From positions 38,589,090 through 38,653,089 of the forward strand of contig NC_083435.1 of NCBI RefSeq assembly GCF_020745735.1: a stretch of DNA of 64,000 nucleotides, in the 5' to 3' direction. Positions within the stretch are counted from its first letter, which is position 1. The number at the start of each line of letters is the position of its first letter. Origin of the DNA: Hemiscyllium ocellatum (Eukaryota). The position numbers and the translations under genes are program-made. Shown piece by piece: positions 13,181-27,514 of this stretch. The notes beneath the pieces were generated by a model that was not told where the DNA came from, made no database searches, and saw nothing but the letters and a program-made list of their open reading frames with translations.

Positions 13181-14605
13181 TCCAATGATTTTTTAAAAAT
13201 TAACAGGACACTCTGGTAGGATAAGTACCACCTCAATAGAAATATTGTTTAGCTACATCACAGCTCTGTTTGTGAAACATTTGTTTGTGTTTTAAGTTTC
13301 CCGGAATGTGAGCTATGAACAATGTTTACAGGAGTTGAGCTTGGGATAGGTTTAGTAGCCTCAACTTCAATGGCCCAGGATTCAGAGGGTGTTAATGATA
13401 TTGTGAGGTGCAGTATCTCTGTTAGCTTCCTATCATTACCAGTGCTTTCCAACATATTTTGCTGGAGAAATACCCACAATACTTTCCTTTTCACCTGCTC
13501 ACCAAACATCTGGCTGCTGGCTACCTCAGTATGTGACGGTACTGATTAATGGTCTCTTTTTTTTATTGCTTCATGTGCCTAAAAATGATTGCTTTGTAAG
13601 CTGCAGTCTTATTTCGCTTGAAATGAGACATTCGTACCAATGTAGCTGACTCAGTCATTTTTCTCAGGTGTAAGGATTTTGAAAATGTTTTATCATTCAT
13701 TGGTGGAAAGATAATATCACTTTCAGTTTGTCCTGTGAAATTGCAAAAGCTGCAATTGTTCCTTCAAAGTGTCTCCACGATGTTTGTCGGTATTGGAATT
13801 CAGAATCTCCAAACATGAGAATTAGGAACAGAAACTGAGCAGTTAGCCTCAATAGTCTGCTCTGTTACTCACAAAGATCATGCTTGGTCTGATTACTGTA
13901 TCCTCCTGCCTATCCCTGATATCCATTCACCCCCTTGCTTAACAAGAATCTACCTATCTCTGCCTTAAAAATATTGTATTGAATTGGCTGCCACTACCTT
14001 TAATGAGGGGGAATTCCAAAGATTCATAATCTTCACTCTCTGAATTGTTTCCACGGCATTTACATCCTTTTTTAAATGAGGTGACCATTTCTGTACACTG
14101 CCTCCCCAATGTCCTGTTTAACTGAAGCATAACCTCCCTACTCCCCTCGCAATAAAGTGTACCACCTGTTAGCTTTCCTGATTACTTGCTGTACCTGCAC
14201 ATGCTAACCTTCTGTGATCCATACAGATATCTCACTGCATCTCAGAGTACTGCCACTTCACAATTTAGATAATCTCTTTCATTCTTCTGATCAAAATGGA
14301 CAATTTCATTTTTTTCCATTTGTTAGATTTTTACACGTGGACCTATTTATATATTTTTTTTCAGGATGGCAGTGGAGTAGGGGGCTGAGCCTGGGACTCA
14401 TCTGCTTCTTTTTACTTTTGTTCTTTTACTCCTTTTTCTCAGGATACAAGGTGAACTTGGGGATATCTGCTGTGTGGTGAGTTGTTCTTGAAATGGCGTG
14501 TGATAAGATGAGGTCAGAATTAGATGAGACAGATGCCACATAGTTACGGAAGGGAATCAATAAGGTGAGTTTGGTTGGATATGGTGAGAGGAGTTTCTGG
14601 GCCTT

Positions 14606-15185
14606 TGTGATGAAGCTGCTCCTTTAACAAGGTTATTCTGTTCTTGGCTTTTTTTGAGAGGGGTTGTAAATGCAGAGGTTCCAATTTGTCTGGTCTGTAC
14701 GGGTTTTAGGGCCAATTCAGTGATAGTTAACAGATTGCCTCAGGCTAAAGGCTTTCAAGGTTTAAAAAAAAGTTGTACAATGAAACTCCCAGCTCAGAGT
14801 TTGGTTTAGTTTGGTTTTAGCAAGCAGTCTGTGGAAGCTGCTGGTAAAAGAGGTCTTGCCTGAATCTTCTCTGCCATCTGTCTCCTGCAAGAACCTGTGT
14901 TTGATCTTACCCTTTTTTTGCCAAAGGACTGTTGATGGTGATGTCGCTAGTAGTTGGAACAGCATCATTAAGTTGCAATAGAGTTGACTTGGTTTTATAT
15001 TATTCTAAATTTGGTTTTATTTTGTTCGTGTACAAATAAATTTTGTTTTGCTTAAAACTGAGTGGTTGGGCCAGCTGCATCACTCCTGGAATATCCACAT
15101 TAGACCGGCATAAAATAACTAACAAAGTTAGGGTCCAGGTTACTTTCTTGAAATGTTTTGAAGGAGCCTGGCCTGGTCCATAACA
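14606..15185 (+). repeat. Gypsy 5' LTR
   Basis: Starts TGTGATG and ends CCATAACA; homologous to 31536-32599. Confidence 0.88.
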
Positions 15186-15188
15186 GAC

Positions 15189-15206
15189 TGGGGGCTTGTC
15201 CAGGAT
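15189..15206 (+). promoter_or_regulatory. Primer-binding site, tRNA-Pro
   Basis: TGGGGGCTTGTCCAGGAT versus the canonical TGGGGGCTCGTCCGGGAT (two transitions). Confidence 0.9.
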
Positions 15207-15350
15207 TTGTTCTATCATTCCAAACTGGGATTAGGGTTGCTGGACTCAAAGTGGTAGGTATGAGAGTCTTTTGTTCCGGGTGTTGAATTCGGTTGGTTTA
15301 AGCAGCCTGGTGTAGTACTGTCGCTTTCAGTCACTGAGAGTTCCCTGGGA

Positions 15351-16257
15351 GTGGAAGTAATGACTTTCGGGCCTTTACAGAAGGTGAACCAGGAAAAGCT
15401 GTTGGAATTAACAGACAAGCTGGAGGTGGAGCTGTCTCCTTCTGTGAGGAAAGGAGAGATACTTACAGCAATAGCTCAGCATTTACATTTACTGGGAACA
15501 CCACCGAAATATTTGGAGATGGCTAAACTTCAACTGAGAATGGAACAGCTTGAGTCAGAGGCAAAAAAAAGAAAGGGCAAAAAAATGAAACCGTTTGCAT
15601 TACAATTAAAAGCAGAGGGAAGAGGAAAAAAACAAATCGCTTCAGTAGATCAAAAAGGAGAGAGAGGAAATGGAGAAGGAGAGAGCGTTTGAACTTCTTA
15701 ACTGGTACTTAGACAGGAAAGTTGGCTTAAAGGATGGAACCGAAGGCTGAGAGCAAGCTTGATGAGGAAGACAGTGAGGATGAGCAAACTCATCGTAGCT
15801 AAAGGCCTGATGGGGATCTTTTTAAATATATCCAATCATTGCCTAAATTTGATGAGAAGAATGTAGAAGCATTTTTCATCTCATTTGAGGAAGTGGTTAA
15901 ACAAATGCAGTGGCCACTGACCATGTGGATTTTGTTGATCCAAACAAAGCTGGTAGGTAGAGCTAGTAAGGTATTTGCATCACCAGCAGAGAAGTATCTA
16001 TGGAGTATGAGGAGGTGAAGAAAGACATCTTAAATTAATATCAGCTTGTGCCAGAAGCTTACAGACAATGTTTCCGGCATCCAAAGACACACCCTGGTCA
16101 AATGTACATCGAGGATCAAACAAAGCAAATTTGATAGATGGATCAGGGCATTAATAATTGAGCAAATATATGATGCTCTAAGAGAGACGATTATTTTGGA
16201 GAACATCAAAAATTCACTTCCTGAGTTAGTGAGAACTTGTGGAATAGTAGAGAGTTT
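15351..16257 (+). pseudogene. Gypsy gag, N-terminal/SCAN-like part (resumes at about 20209-20500 after the CR1)
   Basis: LPKFDEKNVEAFFISFEEVVKQMQWP...YQLVPEAYRQCF...LIIEQ; the frame LVRT-VE*-RV rejoins KTVRLAAEMAD at 20209. Confidence 0.8.
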
Positions 16258-19200
16258 TGCCGAGAGGTGTGAGGGATAAGCAAAGGACTGCTGGGAAGGT
16301 GAGTAAAAATGTTTTTGAACAGAGTGACAAGGAGAGAGGGCGGACAGAAACAAGGGCTGCCAGGAAGTTTTTAAGTGGGTGAGATCTAAACCTGAGACCC
16401 TACAAGGTAAGGTCTCACTGCCACCCACCTCCTCTAACTTTACTAAGAGTCCGTAAACTTGGTAAGTTTTCAGGTTTTCTCTTTTATTTATCTTCTCCTT
16501 CTTTGTTTAGACCTGTGCCGGCCTGCAGAGTAGCGGGATACGGATCTTAGGGCAGTTACAAGTTCCTCCTGCAGAAAGTGGTAGGGGAGAGACAGTTCAC
16601 ATGTCTCAGCCGACTACATCTGCGGGAAGTGCATCCAACTCCAGCTCCGCAAAAACCGAGTTCGGGAACAGGAGCTGGAGCTGGATGAACTAAGGATCAT
16701 CCGGGAAGCTGAGGGGAAAATAGAGTGAATGTACAGGGAGGTGATCACTCCCCAGACACAGGATAAGTACAGCTGGGTTACTGTCAGGGGGAGGAAAGGG
16801 AACCGATGGTCAGAGCTGGGATCCCCTATGGCCGCTCCCTTCAGCAATAAGTATACCGTTTTGGATACTGCTGGTGGGGACAGCCTACCAGGGGTAAGCC
16901 ATAGTTGTCAGGTCTCTGGCACTGAGCCTAGCACTGTAGCTCAGAAGGGAAGAGGGAGGGGATTGGAAAAGCGCTAGTGGTAGGGGACTCAATAGTTAGA
17001 CAGATTAACAGGAGATTTTGTGGTCAGGAATGGGACTCCTGGAAGATATGTTGCCTCCCTGGTGTCAGGGTCCGGGATGTCGCCGATTGGTTTACAGGAT
17101 TCTGAAGGGGGAGGGTGAGCAGCCAGAAATCGTGGTACATATTGGCACCAATGATATAGCCAGGAAAGGGACTGAGGATCTGTAAAGTGACTACAGAGTT
17201 AGGTTGGAAGCTGAAGAGCAGGATGAGTAGAGTAGTGATCTCAGGTTTGCTACCGGTGCCACGAGATAGTGAGGTAAGGAACAGTCAGCGAATGCTGCTT
17301 AACACATGGCTGCGAGGGTGGTGCAGGAGGGAGGGCTTCAGATAGCTAGACCATTGGGATACTTTCTGGGGAAGGTGGGACCTATACATGAAGGATGGGT
17401 TACACCTGAACTGGAGGAACACAAATGCCTGGGTGGGAGATTTGCTCGTGTGATTCTGGAGGGTTTAAACTAATTTGGCAGGGGGGTGGGAATCAGAGCC
17501 ACATGTCTGAGAGGGGGACAGTTGCAGATGGGACAGTGACAGGATGTATTGAATCTATCAGGAAGGTTTCTCACGTGATGAAACAAAGGGATCGGTTAAA
17601 GTGTATCTGCTTTAATGCAAGGAGTGTCAGAAATAAGAGTGACGAACTTAGCGCATGGATCAGTACTTGGGGAGACATTGTTGTGGCCATAACGGAGACG
17701 TGGGTGTCACAGGGGCAGGAATGGTTGCTTGATGTTCCAGGGTTTAGAACATTTAAAAAGAACAGGGAGGGTGGAAGAAGAGGAGGGGGTGTAGCATTGC
17801 TAATCAAGAGTGCATCACAGCTACAGAAACAAAGGTTGTTGAGGAAAGTTTGTCTACTGAGTCAGGATGGGTGGAAGTTAAGAACAGCAAGGGAACAGCC
17901 ACCACATTGGGGGTTTTCTACAGACCACCTCATAGCAGTAGAGAGATTGAAGAACTCATAGGAGGGCAGATTTTGGAAAAATGCAGATGTAACAGGGTTG
18001 TTGTTATGGGTGATTTCAACTTTCCCAATATTGACTGGAACCTCCTTAATGCAGATGGTTTGGATGGAGCCATATTTGTCAGGTGTGTTCAGGAGGGTTT
18101 CCTTACTCAGTATGTAGACAGACCGACGAGGGGAGGGGACATTTTGGATTTGGTGCTCGACAATGAGCCAGGACAGGTGTCAGATCTCGCAGTGAGAGAA
18201 CATTTTGGTGACAGTGATCACAACTGCCTCACATTTAGCATAGCCTTGGAGACGGAAAAGAGCAGTTACCGAGGGAAGATATTTAACTGGGGAAAAGGAA
18301 ATTATGACGCTATCAGACAGGAGTTAGGAAGTACAGATTGGGAGCAATTGTTCCACAGAAAGGGCATAACAGACATGTGGAGACTGTTGAAGGAGCAGTT
18401 GTTGTGAGTGATGCACAAATTTGTTCCTCTGAGACAGGTAAGAAGGGGTAAGGTTAAGAAACCTTGGATGATGAGAACGGAGGGATAGTGGAGGGAACTT
18501 GTGCATGGAGTTTGAGCAGATAGGGGAAGCCTTGAATGAGATTTTTGCTTTGATTTTCACTAAGGAAAGGGACGTTGTTGTGAATGAGAACTTTGAGGAG
18601 CTGGGATACAGTCTTGACCAGATCAAGATTGATGAAGTTGATGTGCTAGAAATTTTGGAAAACATTAAGATTGATAAGTCCCCAGGGCCAGACCAGATTT
18701 ATCCTAGGCTGCTCCAGGAGGTGAGAAAGGAGGTTGCTAAGCCGTTGGCAAGAATATTTGCCTCCTCACTTTCCACAGGAGTCGTACCAGAGGACTGGAA
18801 GGAGGCGAATGTTGTTCCACTTTTCAAGAAGGGTAAAATGGAAATCCCTGGCAATTACAGACCAGTCAGTCTTACATCTGTGGTCAGCAAAGTTGTGGAA
18901 AGAATTCTGAGGGATAGGATTTATGACTATTTGGCAAAGCATAGTGTAATTGAAGGCAGTCAGCATGGCTTTGTGAGGGGCAGGTCATGCCTCACAAATC
19001 TTATTGAGTTCTTTGAGGAGGTGTTAAGACAGGTCGACGACATTCGAGCAGTGGATGAGGTGTATATGGATTTCAGCAAGGCATTTGATAAGGTTCCCCA
19101 TGGTAGGCTCATTCATAAGGTCAGGAAGTATGGGATACAGGGAGATTTGGCTATCTGGATTCAGAATTGGCTGGCTGACAGAAGGCAGAGAGTGGTTGTA

Positions 19201-20208
19201 GATGGAAAATATTCTGCCTGGAGGACAGTGTTGAGTGGGGTCCCGCAGGATGCTGTTTTGGGCCTCTACTCTTTGTAATTTTTATAAATGACTTGGATGA
19301 GGAGGTTAGGGGTGGGTTAGTAAAATTTGCAGATGACACAAAGGTTGGAGGTGTCATCGATAGTATAGAGGCTACTGCAGGCTGCAGCGCTACATCGGCA
19401 GGATGCTGAGCTGGGCTGAGAAATGGATAAATGCAAAGTGATGCATTTTGGAAGGTCGAACTCGAATGCTGAATATAGGATTAAAGACAGGATTCTTGGC
19501 AGTGTGGAGGAACAGAGGGATCTGGGTGTGCAGGTACATAGATCCCTCAAAGTTGCCACCCAAGTGGATAGGGTTGTTAAGAAAGCATATGGTGTTTTGA
19601 CTTTCATTAACAGGGGGATTGAGTTTAAGAGCCATGAGGTTATGCTGCAGCTCTACAAGTCCCTGGTGAGGCCACACTTGGAATATTGTGTCCAGTTCTG
19701 GTTGCCCTATAATAGGAAAGATACAGAGGCTTTGGAGAGGGAGCAAAGAAGGTTTACCAGGATGCTGTCTGGATTGGAGGGCTTGCCTTATGAAGAAAGG
19801 TTGAATAAACTCGGACTTTTCTCTCTGGAGAGAAGGAGGAAGAGAGGAGGCCTGATAGAGGTGTACAGGGTAATGAGGGGAATAGATAGAGTCAATAGCC
19901 AGAGACTTTCCCCAGGGCAGGATTGACTGGTATGAGAAGTCATAGTTTGAAGGTATTAGGAGGAAGGTATAAAGGAGACATCAGAGGTAGGTTTTTTACA
20001 CAGAGAGTTGTGATTGCATGGAATGTGTTGCCAGTGGTGGTGGTGGAAGCAGTGTCATTGGGGACATTTAAGCAACTGCTAGGCATGCACATGGATAGCA
20101 GTGAGTTGAGGGGTGCATAGGTTGGGTTATTTTATTTTACATTAGGATTAATCCTCAGCACAACATTGTGGGCCAAAGGGCCTGTTCTGAGCTGTACTTT
20201 TCAATGTA
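16258..20208 (+). mobile_element. Near full-length CR1 LINE inserted in Gypsy gag
   Basis: ORF1 zinc finger and SGNH-esterase motifs (GDSIVR, HIGTND); ORF2 CFNARSVRNK, AITETW, MGDFNFPNIDW, YMDFSKAFDKVPH, KFADD; CR1 3' tail. Confidence 0.92.
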
Positions 20209-21199
20209 CTAAACAGTGAGATTAGCAGCTGAAATGGCTGATGTTTATGAGTTGGTTCATAAATCCAAGATTAGCTTCCAACATCAATTTCAATCTGTGA
20301 AGTATAGAAATTGGGGAAAAGAGAAATCCTCACATGGTAAGGGAACAGTAGATCTTGGTGAAGATAACAAAGGTAATGTACCACAGGGTAAAAAAGAAAC
20401 CAATGAGGGGGAAAGAGAAGTTAAAAAGCTCCAATAATAACAGAAAGTACAGGAGGCTAAAAAGCTGCACCAGAATGTACAAGCTGGTTGGAGGTTGGTT
20501 AAGGAGTAAGTGCAGATCTTCTTAAACCATATACCTGCAACAGTAAAGTCTACTCACATAGGCCAGGAGTAGCAGGTAAAGTGGTTACAATATTAAAATA
20601 TATAGGGTCCTCTCAATCTGTGATGTTGGAAGCATGAGGAGATGAGGAGATATGTACCCTTGAAGGAGTATTGCCAGAACAATGTGCTGGTAACGGGAAT
20701 TCATGGTGAGACAAGAAGCACTCAATTATGTAAAGGGAGGTTAAAGTGTTCAGTGAAGAGTGGGGGAGTTGTGGTAGGAGGACTGGAGAAATTCTCAGCT
20801 CCAGGAATACAATTCGTCCTTGGTAACTATATAGCAGGTTCACAGCGAGGAGTGCTGCCTACTGTGGGTGAAAAGCCAGTGGAAACTCAGGCAACTGAAC
20901 TAATGCAGGACACATATCCTGGGATTTTTCTGGATTGTGTGGTCACAAGGTCCAGTTAAAACAGGAGAGATCAAAAAGTACAAATAAGAAAGTTGAAGTG
21001 GAATTAGCAGAGACCCTGTTTGTTCAGATGGTTGAGACAAACCAGGAACAGATAGATGACAAAGTAGAAATCTTTAGTTCAGAGAAATTAACTGAATTAC
21101 AGCAGAAAGATGAGAAACTAAACCAATTGTATCAAAAAGCTTACACAGAGAGAGAATATGAATGTATCCCTGAATGCTACAAATTTCAAAATGATGTCT

Positions 21200-22330
21200 T
21201 AATGAGGAAATGGAGACCATCACATATCCAGGCAGATGAGAAATGGGCAGAAGTTCACCAAGGCTTATTTCTAGTGGGTTATAGAAAGGAGGTGTTGTGA
21301 GAGGCACATGAGCTACCACTAGGGGGTCATTTAGGAGTAAGGAAAACTCAAGCTAAAATACAAATACATTTTTACTGACCTGAACTGCAAAAGAATGTAA
21401 TTGAATTTTGCCAGACATGTAATACATGACAGGTAATTGGAAAACTACAGGCAGTAATAAAACCTGTATCTAAATACTATTCCTGCATTTGAGGAACCTT
21501 TACAAGAGTCTTGACTGATTGCATAGGACCCCGACCTAAAATAAAACATGGTAATCAGTATTTGCTAATAATAATGGATGTGTCCACTAGATTTCCAGAG
21601 GCAATTCCTTTACACAATATCACAGCCAAAATGACTGGAGAAGAGTGCCTCAAATTTTTCACGAGATATGGACCACCCACCGAGATACAATCAGATCAAG
21701 CAACAAACTTTACATCAAAATCATTCAAGAAAGTTATAGACAGCTCAGGAATAAAACAATTCACATCCACTGTGTACCATCCTAAATCGCAGAGAGCACT
21801 AGAAAGTTGGCATCAGACATTATAGACCATTTTAAGGGTTTATAGTCAAGACTATCCAGATGACTGGGATAAAGGAATTTTGTTTGTACTTTTTGCCATT
21901 AGAGATGCACAAAATGAATCGATCACTCCACTTGAATTAGTTTTTGGGCATGAGGTCAGAGGACAACTGAAATTAATTAAGGAGAAATTGGTGAGTCAGA
22001 ATTTAGAGACAACATATTTTGACTATGTTTCAAATGTTAAATAGAGCTGGGGAGTTGGCTAGACAGCATTTAAAATATCACAGTGAAACAGGAAGCAGAC
22101 AAATTGCTAATGGAGATAAGGTATTAATGTTACTTCCAGTGATAGGGGAACCTTTAAGAGCAAGGTTTAGTGGGCCTTATCAAGTCGAAAAGAAATTGAG
22201 TGAGATGAAATATTTAATAAGGATTCCAGACAGAAAGAAATCTCATAGAGTGTGTCATGTCAATATGCTCAAATGGTATTTTGACAGGGAAGGAAAGCAA
22301 AAAGAAAATATGTTACTGGTTACAACATAG
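21200..22330 (+). pseudogene. Gypsy integrase (located upstream of RT)
   Basis: H..GGHLG...C; YLLIIMDVSTRFPEAIPL; IQSDQATNF; YHPKSQRALESWHQTL; RARFSGPYQV (GPY/F). Confidence 0.9.
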
Positions 22331-22399
22331 AGTGAAGAACAAAGTTCAGAGGATTCTGAATTGGACATTCCTCAAATCAAATTGGACAATGAGGATGTT

Positions 22400-23812
22400 G
22401 TCAAAAATTGGGATAAATTATTGATTTGCTTTGTAAATGAAAATCAAAATGACCTGAAAGAGTTATTACTATCACATGGGGAGATATGTGAAAATAACCT
22501 GGGAAGTACTAACCTAATTGTGCATGATGTAGATACAGGAGTTGCTGTTCCGATTAAGCAACATCCTCACAAACATAACCCTCTCAAGTTGGCCCAGGTT
22601 CAGAAGGAGACTGAACGTATACTCCAAGACAACATAGTTACAGTGAGTTACAGTGAGTTACAGTGAGTTACAGTGACTGCAGTTCACCCATAGTCTTGGT
22701 ACCAACTAGATGGTACCCAATGGTTATGGGTGGACTATTGCAAAGTCAATGCACTTACAAAGACTGATGTGTATCCAGTTCCATGGTTGGAAGAGTGTGT
22801 TGAGAAGGTGGGACAAGCAACTTATATTTCTAAGTTGGACTTGCTCAGCAGATACTGGCAGGTACCTTTGTCAGAAAGAGCAAAGGTAATTTCAGCTTTT
22901 GTAACATTGGATGGACTGTATCAGTTTAAAGTCATGCCATTTGGTATGAAAAATGTGCCAGCCACATTTCAGAGACTAACCAATAAGGTCATTGTTGGAT
23001 TACCCAACTGTGTCATTTTATTGATGACCTGGTGATTTTTAGTCACACATGGAAGGAACATTTACAGCATTTATCAGACTTGTTTGAGCAACTTCAGAAG
23101 GCAGGCTTGCTGATAAACCTGGCTAAAAGTGAATTTGCCAAGTCACCTTCCTGGGCCATGTTATTGGACACGGACAAATAGCCCATGGGATGCAAAAACA
23201 AAGGTAATTGGGGAATTTCCCACACCGTTGACAAAATGAGCAATACTATGATTCCTGGGATTGAGTGGATTTTATGAAACATTCGTACCAAATTTAAGCA
23301 GTGTGGCTGCTCCACGCACTGAATTGCTAAAGAAATTCAAGATGTTTCATTGGACAGCAGTCTGTCAGAAGGTGTTTGACAGCCTGAAAGCTGTGTACCC
23401 ACTGCCCCAGTGTCAGTCACACCTAATTACACAAAGCCATTTAAGTTGGCTATCAATGCAAATGATATGAGTATCAGCGTTGTGCTCTTGCAAGAAGATG
23501 ATGAGAAGATAGAAAGATCTATCGGGTATTTCTCCAGGAAATTGTACATTCATCAGCAGAAGTATTCGACACTCGAGATGGAGACTTTGAGCTTGGTGTT
23601 GGCATTGCAACATTTCAACGTTTATGTTACCAGTAACGTGTCTGAGACAATCATATACACTGATCATAACCCATTCAAGTTTGTGGGAGAAATTTAAGGA
23701 CAAAAAATTCCAGTCTGTTTAGATGGAGCTTGTTATTACAGCCATTCAGTTTGAAAATTGTGCATGTGGAGGACGAGGAAACATGATTGCCGATGTGTTG
23801 TCGAGACTCGAA
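22400..23812 (+). pseudogene. Gypsy RT and RNase H
   Basis: DYCKVNALTKTD; ISKLDLLSRYWQVPL; YQFKVMPFGMKNVPATFQR; FKLAINANDMSISVVLLQ; TIIYTDHNP. Confidence 0.9.
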
Positions 23813-26301
23813 TGAGAATCAGAGGTGTTCGGTGGCAGGACTGAAACATAGAAGTGCATGTTTGCATTATTATTGTCAATGCAATGTATATTTGTGTTGT
23901 AGTGTACTAACAGTGTAAGATTAAGGCGGTTTTAAAAATGAAGCCATCTTTCGATATTGATGGTTCATTTTTTAAAAATATTTTTTAATTGAAAAACAGA
24001 TTTTTAAATATTACAACAAATACAAAACAATACAATTCAAAACAAATGTAAAAAAAACAAACCACCCTCCTACAAATGTATAAACATATATTTTAAAAAA
24101 TTTTACAACCCCAACTAAAGACTTAACTAAATAAATAATAACTGACAAATAAATAAAAATAATACAGCTCAGCCAAACAAAACACTAACTTTCAAATATG
24201 GAGAGTATTAATTTTCCCATACTCATGTATCCGCAGATCACCCCTCCCTGGGGATACTGGATTTGTAAAACACAATCATTACGGCTATATAAAAGCCCTT
24301 ATTAGTGTGGCAGACAGATCTGTGTCCAGGTAATCCAAAAAGGGCTGCTACGTCTTATAGAAATTCTCAGTTTTGTGGTGTAGTATATTTGTGAGACAGT
24401 CCAAGGGGATATGCTCCATAACAACCCGACAGGCCTGGGTGAGTTTCCCAACTGAACAAAATATTCTTTCTTGCGCAGGAAGTGAGGATATTGACAAGTT
24501 TTTTCTTATACGCATCTTCAGGGAACAGACTGGGCAGGCCAAGGAGAAGACAGAGCGGGTCCTTCTCCACCCTTATACCCAAACTCCCCTCCATTGCACA
24601 CGCTACAAGACCAGAGACATGCTGAAGATACCCCTGGTTTAAATTTTGACAAACGATCCATAGCCAAGTGGACCCTGTGGAGAATCTTCAACTGTAAAGC
24701 ATGGGTCCGATTGCAAATTGATATCTTCCTTGCATTCTCCCAAATATCGTCCCGTGTCTCTGAGGATTCAACACCCAGCTCTCTCTCCTACACCCTGCAG
24801 AGTCGATCAAATGCATCTGAGGGGGCACCCCCCAGTTGATGATATAAAATGCTGACAGAAAGTGTACTCTTACTACTGAGTACCCTCCTCTCTATGTAGG
24901 ATTTGTAGGGATCAGTCAAAAGTGTAGTCTTTTATTGAATAAAATCTCTAACTTGGAAAATATGAAAGAGGTCCCTATTAGATAGCTTGTATTTCTGTGC
25001 TAACTGATCTAAGGACATCATTGTGTCTCCATGAAATAAATCACCCAGGCAAGACACACCCCTAGCTGCCCAATGTTTGAATCCTGAATCTATCATCCCC
25101 GGTTGAAAACTCGGCATACCCACTATAGGTGTAAGAGAAGATGTTTTGCCAATATTACCTTCCCTCTACCGAATAGCCCTCCATGCTTTAACGGTATTGA
25201 TAGCTATTGGGTTATGGCATTATTCCCTAACCATCCTCATTTTGTCCAAAAACAGCAAGTTAATAAGGGGGCGCCCTGCCTGAGAGGTTTCAATACTAAC
25301 CATATTGAAAGAGGGTTCCCACAAGCCCAGTTACACACACACGATAAAAGCGAGCTTAGTTGGTATCTTTTAATGTCTGAGAGATCCACTCCCCGGAGTC
25401 TGTGAGGCAATTGCAGTTTAGCTAATTTAACAATTTAGCACTTACAATGTCAAATAAAAGAGCTGAACTAGCCATTCAGTCTCCTGAACATTTGCTTATC
25501 GAAAATTAGGGGGAGCATCCAGATAGGGTACAACAACTGAGGGAGAATATTCATCTTAATAAGCACTATCCGACCCAACCACGAGACCGGAAGCGCATCC
25601 CATCTTTGAAGGTCTTGTTTGATTTTGTCAATGACTGAACAAAATTGGCTTTAATCAACAGATCAAGAATTGGAGTGATGAATATACCCAAATACACAAA
25701 CCCCCCCACCCCCGTGAACGCTTAAAAGGAAATAGAGATTTACCCTTAAGACCTAGCACCTTTGTGAGACCACCTTTGTGAGATTTGACAAAAAAATGAG
25801 GACATCTTCCACATACAATGAAATCTTATGCGATTTTGACCACACATTTAGAGCCTGTATATTGGGATCTCTACTAGTGACCTCTAGGTAAAAACAATGA
25901 CTGCAGATGCTGGAAACCAGAGTCTAGCTTAGCCAATGGTTCAATCACCAGTGTAAATATTCACATCAATGGTGAAAGGGGACAGCCCTAAAAATGTTAA
26001 AATTGCTTGATCGTACCCCATTGGTGAGGACGGCAATGAAAGGGTCACTGTAGAGAACCTTTACCCATCTTATAAAGGCTATACCCAAGCCAAACCGCTC
26101 CAGAGTATAAAAAAGGTACGACCCACTCAACTCAGTCAAATGCCTCTCTGCATGTAGAGAAATCACCAATCCCTGTACAGACTGTTATTGACACACTTGA
26201 ATTACATTAAACAGCCTCCTAACATTATTGGAGGACCTGCAGCCATTTATGAAGCCTGTCTGGTCCTTTTTAACGAAAGACGTTAACACAAGTCTCCAGC
26301 C

Positions 26302-27514
26302 TGAAAATGTGTTGCTGGAAAAGGGCAGCAAGTCAGGCAGCATCCAAGGAGCAGGAGAGTCGACATTTCGGGCATGAGCCCTTCTTCAGGAATGAGGAAA
26401 TTGTGTCCAGCAGGCTAAGATAAAAGGTAGGGAGGAGGGACTTGGGGGAGGGGTGTTGGCAATGCGATAAGTGGAAGGAGGTAAAGGTGAGGGTGATAGG
26501 CCGGAGTGGGGGTGGGGTCAGGAAGAAGATTGCAGGTTAGGAGGGCAGTGCTGAGTTTGAGGGTTGGGACTGAGACAAGGTGGGGGGAGGGGAATTGAGG
26601 AAACTGGAGAAATATAAGTTCATCCCTTATGGTTGGAGGGTTCCTAGGCGGAAGATGAGGCGCTCTTCCTCCAGCCGTCGTGTTGTTATGGTCTGGCGAT
26701 GGAAGAGTCCAAGGACCTGCATGTCCTTGGTGGAGTGGGAGGGGGAGTTGAAGTGTTGAGCCACGGGGTGGTTGGGTTGGTTGCTCTGGGTGATCCAAAG
26801 GTGTTCTCTGAAACATTCCGCAAGTAGGCGGCCCATCTCCCCAATATAGAGGAGGCCACATCGGGTGCAGCGGATGCAGTAAATGATGTGTGTGGGGGTG
26901 CAGGTAAATTTGTGACGGATATGGAAGGATCCCTTGGGGCCTTGGAGGGAAGTAAGGGGGAGGTGTGGGAGCCCAAGTTTTACATTTCTTGCGGTTGCAG
27001 GGGAAGGTGCCGGGAGTGGAGGTTGGGTTGGTGGGGGGTGTGGACCTGACGAGGGAGTCACGGAAGGAGTGGTCTTTTTGGAAAGCTGATAGGGGAGGGG
27101 AGGGAAATATATCTCTGGTGGTGGGGTCCGTTTGGAGGTGGCGGAAATGACGACGGATGATACGATGTATATGGAGGTTGGTGGGGTGGTAGGTGAGGAC
27201 CAGTGGGGTTCTGTCTTGGTGGCGATTGGAGGGGCGGGGTTCAAGGACGGAGAAGTGGGAAGTGAAGGAGATGCGGTGGAGGGCATCGTCGATCACATCT
27301 GGGGGGAAGTTGCGGTCTTTGAAGAAGGAGGCCATCTGGGCTGTACGGTATTGGAACTGGTCCTCCTGGGAGCAGATGCGGCAGAGATGAAGAAATTGGG
27401 AATATGGGATGGAGTATTTACAGGGGGGCAGGGTGGGAGGAGGTGTAGTCTAGGTAGCTGTGGGAGTTGGTCAGTTTATAGTAAATGTCAGTGATGATTT
27501 AGTTGCCCAAGATC
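26302..27514 (-). mobile_element. Penelope-like element (RT C-terminus + GIY-YIG) nested in the L1
   Basis: IIYCIRCTRCGLLYIGEMGR..REH (GIY-YIG); PLVLTYHP; 11-bp direct repeat AGTCTCCAGCC at 26291-26301 and 27515-27525. Confidence 0.9.
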
